Shown here: positions 54,501 through 64,000 of the stretch, in pieces
How the letters are laid out: each line of letters begins with the position of its first letter
Position numbering within the stretch: the first letter of the stretch is position 1
NCBI GenBank assembly: GCA_964016885.1
Contig: OZ024759.1
Coordinates: 6,510,001-6,574,000, forward strand
Reading direction: 5' to 3'
DNA length: 64,000 nucleotides
DNA from: Eledone cirrhosa
Lineage: Eukaryota
Notes under the pieces: generated by a model
Told to the model about the DNA's origin: nothing
The model's database searches: none
The model's input: only the letters and a program-made list of their open reading frames with translations
Translations under genes and position numbers: made by a program

Positions 54501-57500
54501 GACTACTGTTCTTACACAAACCTTGGACATCATCGGTGGTGTGGAGAGGAGAGAATGGTATATATGGGAGACTACTGGTCTTACACAAACCTTGGACATA
54601 ATTGGTGGTGTGGAGAGGAGAGTCTGGTATATATGGGAGACTACTGGTTTTACACAAACCTTGGACATCATCAGTGGTGTGGAGAGGAGAGACTGGTATA
54701 TATGGGAGACTACTGGTCTTACATAAACATTGGACATCATCGGTGGTGTGGAGAGGAGAGACTGGTATATATGGGAGACTACTGGTCTTACATAAACCTT
54801 GGACATCATCGGTGGTGTGGAGAGGAGACTGGTATATCTGGGAGACTACTGGTCTTACATAAACCTTGGACATCATCGGTGGTGTGGAGAGGAGAGACTG
54901 GTATATATGGGAGACTACTGGTCTTACATAAACCTTGGACATCATCGGTGGTGTGGAGAGGAGAGACTGGTATATATGGGAGACTACTGGTCTTACATAA
55001 ACCTTGGACATCATCGGTGGTGTGGAGAGGAGAGATTGGTATATATGGGAGACTACTGGTCTTACATAAACCTTGGACATTATCAGTGGTGTGGAGAGGA
55101 GAGACTGGTATATATGGGAGACTACTGGTCTTACACAAACCTTGGACATCATCGGTGGTGTGCAGAGGAGACTGGTATATATGGGAGATTACTGGTCTTA
55201 CATAAACCTTGGACATCATTGGTGGTGTGGAGAGGAGAGACTGGTATATCTGGGAGACTACTGTCTTACACAAACCTTGGACATCATCGGTGGTGTGGAG
55301 AGGAGAGACTGGTATATATGGGAGACTACTGTTCTTACACAAACCTTGGACATCATCGGTGGTGTGGAGAGGAGAGACTGGTATATATGGGAGACTACTG
55401 TTCTTACACAAACCTTGGACATTATCAGTGGTGTGGAGAGGAGACTGGTATATATGGGAGATTACTGGTCTTACATAAACCTTGGACATCATTGGTGGTG
55501 TGGAGAGGAGAGACTGGTATATCTGGGAGACTACTGTTCTTACACAAACCTTGGACATCATCGGTGGTGTTGAGAGGAGAGACTGGTATATATGGGAGAC
55601 TACTGTTCTTACACAAACCTTGGACATCATAGGTGGTGTGGAGAGGAGAGAATGGTATATATGGGAGACTACTGGTCTTACACAAACCTTGGACATAATT
55701 GGTGGTGTGGAGAGGAGAGACTGGTATATATGGGAGACTACTGGTTTTACACAAATCTTGGACATCATCAGTGGTGTGGAGAGGAGAGACTGGTATATAT
55801 GGGAGACTACTGGTCTTACATAAACCTTGGACATCATCGGTGGTGTGGAGAGGAGAGACTGGTATATATGGGAGACTACTGGTCTTACATAAACCTTGGA
55901 CATCATCGGTGGTGTGGAGAGGAGAGACTGGTATATATGGGAGACTACTGGTCTTACATAAACCTTGGACATTATCAGTGGTGTGGAGAGGAGAGACTGG
56001 TATATATGGGAGACTACTGGTCTTACACAAACCTTGGACATCATCGGTGGTGTGCAGAGGAGACTGGTATATATGGGAGATTACTGGTCTTACATAAACC
56101 TTGGACATCATTGGTGGTGTGGAGAGGAGAGACTGGTATATCTGGGAGACTACTGTCTTACACAAACCTTGGACATCATCGGTGGTGTGGAGAGGAGAGA
56201 CTGGTATATATGGGAGACTACTGTTCTTACACAAACCTTGGACATCATCGGTGGTGTGGAGAGGAGAGACTGGTATATATGGGAGACTACTGTTCTTACA
56301 CAAACCTTGGACATCATCGGTGCTGTGGAGAGGAGAGACTGGTATATATGGGAGACTACTGTTCTTACACAAACCTTGGACATCATCGGTGGTGTGGAGA
56401 GGAGAGACTGGTATATATGGGAGACTACTGTTCTTACACAAACCTTGGACATCATCGGTGGTGTGGAGAGGAGAGACTGGTATATATGGGAGACTACTGG
56501 TCTTACACAAACCTTGGACATCATTGGTGGTTTGGAGAGGAGAGACTGGTATATATGGGAGACTACTGGTCTTACACAAACCTTGGACATTATCAGTGGT
56601 GTGGAGAGGAGACAGGTATATATGGGAGACTACTGGTCTTACAAAAACCTTGGACATCGTCGCTGGTGTGGAGAGGAGAGATTGGTATATATGGGAGACT
56701 ACTGGTCTTACACAAACCTTGGACATTATCAGTCGTGTAGAGAGGAGACTGGTATATATGGGAGACTACTGGTCTTACATAAACCTTGGACATCATCGGT
56801 GGTGTGGAGAGGAGAGACTGGTATATATGGGAGACTACTGGTCTTACATAAACCTTGGACATCATCAGTGGTGTGGAGAGGAGACTGGTATATATGGGAG
56901 ACTACTGGTCTTACATAAACCTTGGACATCATTGGTGGTGTGGAGAGGAGAGACTGGTATATCTGGGAGACTACTGGTCTTACATAAACATTGGACATCA
57001 TCGGTGGTGTGGAGAGGAGAGACTGGTATATATGGGAGACTACTGGTCTTACATAAACATTGGACATCATCGGTGGTGTGGAGAGGAGAGACTGGTATAT
57101 ATGGGGGACTACCGGTCTTACACAAACCTTGGACATCATCGGTGGTGTGGAGAGGAGAGACTGGTATATATGGGGGACTACTGGTCTTACACAAACCTTG
57201 GACATCATCTGTGGTGTGGAGAGGAGAGACTGGTATATATGGGAGACTACTGTTCTTACACAAACCTTGTTCATCATCAGTGGTGTGGAGAGGAGAGACT
57301 GGTATATATGGGAGACTACTGGTCTTACACAAACCTTGGACATCATCGGTGGTGTGGAGAGGAGAGACTGGTATATATGGGAGACTACTGTTCTTACACA
57401 AACCTTGGACATCATCGGTGGTGTGGAGAGGAGAGAATGGTATATATGGGAGACTACTGGTCTTACACAAACCTTGGACATAATTGGTGGTGTGGAGAGG

Positions 57501-60500
57501 AGAGTCTGGTATATATGGGAGACTACTGGTTTTACACAAACCTTGGACATCATCAGTGGTGTGGAGAGGAGAGACTGGTATATATGGGAGACTACTGGTC
57601 TTACATAAACATTCGACATCATCGGTGGTGTGGAGAGGAGAGACTGGTATATATGGGAGACTACTGGTCTTACATAAACCTTGGACATCATCGGTGGTGT
57701 GGAGAGGAGACTGGTATATCTGGGAGACTACTGGTCTTACATAAACCTTGGACATCATCGGTGGTGTGGAGAGGAGAGACTGGTATATATGGGAGACTAC
57801 TGGTCTTACATAAACCTTGGACATCATCGGTGGTGTGGAGAGGAGAGACTGGTATATATGGGAGACTACTGGTCTTACATAAACCTTGGACATCATCGGT
57901 GGTGTGGAGAGGAGAGACTGGTATATATGGGAGACTACTGGTCTTACATAAACCTTGGACATTATCAGTGTTGTGGAGAGGAGAGACTGGTATATATGGG
58001 AGACTACTGGTCTTACACAAACCTTGGACATCATCGGTGGTGTGCAGAGGAGACTGGTATATATGGGAGATTACTGGTCTTACATAAACCTTGGACATCA
58101 TTGGTGGTGTGGAGAGGAGAGACTGGTATATCTGGGAGACTACTGTCTTACACAAACCTTGGACATCATCGGTGGTGTGGAGAGGAGAGACTGGTATATA
58201 TGGGAGACTACTGTTCTTACACAAACCTTGGACATCATCGGTGGTGTGGAGAGGAGAGACTGGTATATATGGGAGACTACTGTTCTTACACAAACCTTGG
58301 ACATCATCGGTGCTGTGGAGAGGAGAGACTGGTATATATGGGAGACTACTGTTCTTACACAAACCTTGGACATCATCGGTGGTGTGGAGAGGAGAGACTG
58401 GTATATATGGGAGACTACTGGTCTTACACAAACCTTGGACATCATTGGTGGTTTGGAGAGGAGAGACTGGTATATATGGGAGACTACTGGTCTTACACAA
58501 ACCTTGGACATTATCAGTGGTGTGGAGAGGAGACAGGTATATATGGGAGACTACTGGTCTTACAAAAACCTTGGACATCGTCGCTGGTGTGGAGAGGAGA
58601 GATTGGTATATATGGGAGACTACTGGTCTTACACAAACCTTGGACATCATTGGTGGTGTGGAGAGGAGACAGGTATATATGGGAGACTACTGGTCTTACA
58701 AAAACCTTGGACATCGTCGCTGGTGTGGAGAGGAGAGATTGGTATATATGGGAGACTACTGGTCTTACACAAACCTTGGACATCATTGGTGGTGTGGAGA
58801 GGAGAGACAGGTATATATGGGAGACTACTGGTCTTACACAAACCTTGGACATCATCAGTGGTGTGGAGAGGAGAGACTGGTATATATGGGAGACTACTGG
58901 TCTTACATAAACCTTGGACATCGTCGGGTGTGTGGAGAGGAGAGACTGGTATATATGGGGGACTACTGGTCTCACATAAACCTTGGACATCATTGGTGGT
59001 GTGGAGAGGAGAGACTGGTATATATGGGGGACTACTGGTCTTACACAAACCTTGGACATCATCGGTGGTGTGGAGAGGAGAGACTGGTATATATGGGGGA
59101 CTACTGGTCTTACACAAACCTTGGACATCATTGGTGGTGTGGAGAGGAGAGACTGGTATATATGGGAGACTACTGGTCTTACACAAACCTTGGACATTAT
59201 CAGTGGTGTGGAGAGGAGACTGGTATATATGGGAGATTACTGGTCTTACATAAACCTTGGACATCATTGGTGGTGTGGAGAGGAGAGACTGGTATATCTG
59301 GGAGACTACTGTTCTTACACAAACCTTGGACATCATCGGTGGTGTTGAGAGGAGAGACTGGTATATATGGGAGACTACTGTTCTTACACAAACCTTGGAC
59401 ATCATCGGTGGTGTGGAGAGGAGAGACTGATATATATGGGAGACTACTGTTCTTACACAAACCTTGGACATCATCGGTGGTGTGGAGAGGAGAGACTGGT
59501 ATATATGGGAGACTACTGTTCTTACACAAACCTTGGACATCATCGGTGGTGTGGAGAGGAGAGACTGGTATATATGGGAGACTACTGTTCTTACACAAAC
59601 CTTGGACATCATCGGTGGTGTGGAGAGGAGAGAATGGTATATATGGGAGACTACTGGTCTTACACAAACCTTGGACATAATTGGTGGTGTGGAGAGGAGA
59701 GACTGGTATATATGGGAGACTACTGGTTTTACACAAACCTTGGACATCATCAGTGGTGTGGAGAGGAGAGACTGGTATATATGGGAGACTACTGGTCTTA
59801 CATAAACCTTGGACATCATCGGTGGTGTGGAGAGGAGAGACTGGTATATATGGGAGACTACTGGTCTTACATAAACCTTGGACATCATCGGTGGTGTGGA
59901 GAGGAGAGACTGGTATATATGGGAGACTACTGGTCTTACACAAACCTTGGACATCATCGGTGGTGTGCAGAGGAGACTGGTATATATGGGAGATTACTGG
60001 TCTTACATAAACCTTGGACATCATTGGTGGTGTGGAGAGGAGAGACTGGTATATCTGGGAGACTACTGTCTTACACAAACCTTGGACATCATCGGTGGTG
60101 TGGAGAGGAGAGACTGGTATATATGGGAGACTACTGTTCTTACACAAACCTTGGACATCATCGGTGGTGTGGAGAGGAGAGACTGGTATATATGGGAGAC
60201 TACTGGTCTTACACAAACCTTGGACATCATTGGTGGTTTGGAGAGGAGAGACTGGTATATATGGGAGACTACTGGTCTTACACAAACCTTGGACATTATC
60301 AGTGGTGTGGAGAGGAGACAGGTATATATGGGAGACTACTGGTCTTACAAAAACCTTGGACATCGTCGCTGGTGTGGAGAGGAGAGATTGGTATATATGG
60401 GAGACTACTGGTCTTACACAAACCTTGGACATCATTGGTGGTGTGGAGAGGAGACAGGTATATATGGGAGACTACTGGTCTTACAAAAACCTTGGACATC

Positions 60501-62068
60501 GTCGCTGGTGTGGAGAGGAGAGATTGGTATATATGGGAGACTACTGGTCTTACACAAACCTTGGACATCATTGGTGGTGTGGAGAGGAGAGACAGGTATA
60601 TATGGGAGACTACTGGTCTTACAAAAACCTTGGACATCGTCGCTGGTGTGGAGAGGAGAGATTGGTATATATGGGAGACTACTGGTCTTACACAAACCTT
60701 GGACATCATTGGTGGTGTGGAGAGGAGAGACTGGTATATACGGGGGACTACTGGTCTTACACAAACCTTGGACATCATCAGTGGTGTGGAGAGGAGAGAC
60801 TGGTATATATGGGAGACTACTGGTCTTACATAAACCTTGGACATCGTCGGGTGTGTGGAGAGGAGAGACTGGTATATATGGGGGACTACTGGTCTCACAT
60901 AAACCTTGGACATCATCGGTGGTGTGGAGAGGAGAGACTGGTATATATGGGGGACTACTGGTCTTACACAAACCTTGGACATCATTGGTGGTGTGGAGAG
61001 GAGAGACTGGTATATCTGGGAGACTACTGTTCTTACCCAAACCTTGGACATCATCGGTGGTGTTGAGAGGAGAGACTGGTATATATGGGAGACTACTGTT
61101 CTTACACAAACCTTGGACATCATCGGTGGTGTGGAGAGGAGAGACTGGTATATATGGGAGACTACTGTTCTTACACAAACCTTGGACATCATCGGTGGTG
61201 TGGAGAGGAGAGACTGGTATATATGGGAGACTACTGTTCTTACACAAACCTTGGACATCATCGGTGGCGTGGAGAGGAGAGACTGGTATATATGGGAGAC
61301 TACTGTTCTTACACAAACCTTGGACATCATCGGTGGTGTGGAGAGGAGAGACTGGTATATATGGGAGACTACTGTTCTTACACAAACCTTGGACATCATC
61401 GATGTGTGGAGAGTAGAGACTGGTATATATGGGAGACTACTGGTCTTACACAAACCTTGGACATAATTGGTGGTGTGGAGAGGAGAGACTGGTATATATG
61501 GGAGACTACTGGTTTTACACAAACCTTGGACATTATCAGTGGTGTGGAGAGGAGACTGGTATATATGGGAGACTACTGGTCTTTCATAAACCTTGGACAT
61601 TATCGGTGGTGTTGAGAGGAGAGACTGGTATATATGGGAGAATCCTGTTCTTAGATAAACCTTGGACATCATCAGGGGTGTGGATAGGAGAGACTGGTAT
61701 ATATGGGAGACTACTGTTCTTACACAAACCTTGGACATCATCGGTGGTGTGGAGAGGAGACTGGTATATATGGGAGACTACTGGTCTTACGCAAACCTTG
61801 GACATCATCGGTGGTGTGGAGAGGAGACTGGTATATATGGGAGACTACTGGTCTTACACAAACCTTGGACATCATCAGTGGTGTGGAGAGGAGAGACTGG
61901 TATATATGGGAGACTACTGGTCTTACACAAACCTCGGACATCATCGGTGGTGTGGAGAGGAGACTGGTATATATGGGAGACTACTGGTCTTACACAAACC
62001 TTGGACATCATCGGTGGTGTGGAGAGGAGACTGGTATATATGGGAGACTACTGGTCTTACATAAACCT
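27584..62068. repeat. ~34.5-kb satellite array of a 69-bp monomer (~500 copies, frequent 67-bp variants)
   Basis: Consensus ccttggacatcatcggtggtgtggagaggagagactggtatatatgggagactactggtcttacacaaa. Uninterrupted and in a single orientation. Confidence 0.98.
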
Positions 62069-62122
62069 TACCTGGACTTCTGCCTCGGAGGGAAACTTTC
62101 TAGGTGCAAATCCGATGGACAA
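62069..62122 (+). mobile_element. Probable 3' continuation of the SINE after the array
   Basis: cctggacttctgcctcggagggaaactttctaggtgcaaatcc follows the last monomer directly. It matches my recollection of this SINE's tail; not verified by search. Confidence 0.55.
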
Positions 62123-62123
62123 T

Positions 62124-62298
62124 CCGGCCAGAATTCTCTCACTTCTTTCTGTTCAAACCGGCTTTAATCAGCCACTCTTACTCATGTTAATGTATTGTTC
62201 TCAAAATATATAATATCAAAATCTCAGATTTGTGAGGTAAAGCCTTTACTGCAAAAGTACAATAGTACATATAGAGTGAGGTAAATGTGAAAGGGTTA
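62124..62298 (+). mobile_element. TTAA-CCCT MITE lacking its left ~30 bp, ending AGGG-TTAA
   Basis: ggccagaattctctcac..tctttctgttcaaac...tgtgaggtaaagcctttactg...gtgaaagggttaa is collinear with 21326-21497. Confidence 0.8.
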
Positions 62299-62454
62299 AA
62301 CTAAAAGCCAGATGTGGACCAGACTAAATGAGTTTCTGTATGTGGTCGGGTAATTTGTTAGAAATAACAAACTAAATAATTTAAAATCACATCTTGTTAT
62401 TTTAAAAATATCTTGAAGGACACTATTGTATGATGAATGAATAAGCCCCCTCAA

Positions 62455-62717
62455 ATTGGTTGAGGTTCTGGGGTGGTGTCCTGAGACAATCAGCCTCTTA
62501 CCTTGGCTGAAGGTTCAGGTTGGAGGAGGTTTGGATGTGGTGTCCTGAGACACAACCACCCCTTATCTTGAGGGTCTGGTGAGTGAGGGAGGGGTGTTTT
62601 CAGACACCGTCACCTCATCTGGGTTGAGGGAGGGTTGCCATAAGACAATCACCTCTCATCATGGTTGAGTGTCCGGTAGGTGGGGGAGGTCCTCACAACT
62701 CACCACCTTATCTTGAT
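62455..62717. repeat. Highly diverged ~55-65-bp G-rich tandem repeat, ~5 units
   Basis: ttgaggg...ggtgtcctgagacaatcacc.cttatc recurs. Confidence 0.55.
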
Positions 62718-62799
62718 CATAAATATCATAAATATCCTCGGCCACGTGCCAGTCAAAAGCTGCCTTAAATCAGGAGCATGACACCCCTTGGAACATCAA

Positions 62800-63175
62800 G
62801 CTTTAGTAGTAAAAGAGTCACTCGCTGGGAAGAAAACTTAACAACCTCCCATCACTAACAACAATGGAGCTAAAGGTGAGTGAGGCACTGCTCCCCTGGA
62901 GCTAAAGGTGAGTGAGGCACTGCCCCCCTGGAGCAGATACAAACTATGCAGTGTGGAAATTCCTCAACAGACTAAGATCTGGTGTTGGACGTGCAAAAGT
63001 CACTCTTGCAAAATGGGGATATTTAAAGGATGGGGACGTTGTGTGTGACTGTGACATCGAACCACAGACTACACACCACCTGATATGGCCCCCACTGGAA
63101 CACCCCTACACTATTAGAACAGCCCTCCACAGCATTGGAACACCCCTGTACAGTATTGGACTTGGCAGAGTTTAA
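62800..63175 (+). mobile_element. 3' fragment of a non-LTR retrotransposon ORF with degenerate C-terminal CCHC knuckle (Ingi/Vingi-like by motif)
   Basis: WKFLNRLRSGVGRAKVTLAKWG...CDCDIEPQTTHHL resembles the W..LNRLR.G.GR...KWG..CxC..QT..H motif. A 32-bp tandem duplication lies at 62866/62898. Confidence 0.6.
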
Positions 63176-64000
63176 TGAGAAAGTTCAGCTGAACCACATC
63201 TAGTCAAGCTTTGTAACTGACACTTTTGTGGACATGACAAAAAGAACATCTTGGTTGTGACTCCAGTGGGTGGGTTAGTGGAGTCCTGAGACAAGCACCA
63301 CACATTGCGGTCACTGTCAACCGCCGCTGTCGATTCCTTGCTGTTGTCATTCTTCGTTTTTCCCACCCAAGAATCCATTTTTCGTCCACTAATCCCCGCC
63401 TCTGTGAGGGTGTGTGGAGTTTCTAGGATGTGATAACGTGGCTAAAATATCACAATTCTGACTGTGGTCACTAACGTTTGTTCTATGAGGTCCCCCTCAC
63501 GGTGGTTCATCTGTTGCGTGTCACCCCGTATAGTCCAGGAACAGGGAGATGGTCTTGAATGGAAGAACTTTGATCATATGTCGTGACCTGGGGTTAAACA
63601 ACGACCACCAAGTCACGCCTTTGTGTGTGCATATGTATGGAAAAGCACTCAATACAGGGTGTCTTCAGTTAGAATGCGAATGAAGCATAAAATGTTATAA
63701 TTGGGGAGGGTCATGTCCTAACACTTTCGTTTCACTTCAGTATATTTTTATATTTCTTTAAATAATTTATCTATAAATATAAATATAGTTCGAATAGGCT
63801 ATGTAGCCGGTAAACCCTAAAGGGACGCAACACACATCGCTATAACGTTTCACCAGCTCCTTCTGTTGTCTATATCTGTTTATGTATTTACCTGTAGATG
63901 TGTATGTAACTAAAGTGTAACATGTTACCAATGGACGACTAAATGATTTTAAACTTGTTTTTAACAATTGATGGTGGAAAAGATTTCAAATTGTCTTAAC

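Noticed and set aside
27585-62213. Hundreds of long overlapping ORFs (e.g. GHHRWCGEERLVYMGDYWSYTNL repeats) suggesting a giant repeat protein
   Set aside because: The monomer is 69 bp (23 codons) and happens to lack stops in most frames on both strands. Frequent 67-bp units shift the frame freely, no frame is preferred, and the flanks are SINE sequence.

Overview
Eukaryotic (animal) genomic DNA that is AT-rich and dominated by repeats. The SINE, MITE and RTE repertoire looks like that of octopod cephalopods; this is an inference from recalled repeat motifs, not a database search. The only host gene is the 3' half of ALAD (delta-aminolevulinate dehydratase / porphobilinogen synthase). It has six phase-compatible GT-AG coding exons on the + strand between 9520 and 18170, and its 5' exons lie upstream of the window. 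The rest is tandem arrays (108-, 36-, 23-, 48-, 88-, 60- and 45-bp units, plus a ~34.5-kb array of ~500 x 69 bp), microsatellites, two tRNA-derived SINE families, TTAA-CCCT (piggyBac-like) MITEs and decayed non-LTR retrotransposons. Almost all ORFs in the supplied track are artefacts of repeats whose unit length is a multiple of 3. The most notable pattern is that at least five arrays are amplified internal pieces of interspersed elements, with parental sequence still flanking the array and/or present unamplified elsewhere in the window. The 34.5-kb satellite sits inside SINE sequence, which appears to be nested inside a split MITE. Other points of interest are a hammerhead-ribozyme-like motif in the sense strand of an ALAD intron and a spacerless 324-bp palindrome downstream of the ALAD stop codon. 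I found no convincing new protein-coding system.
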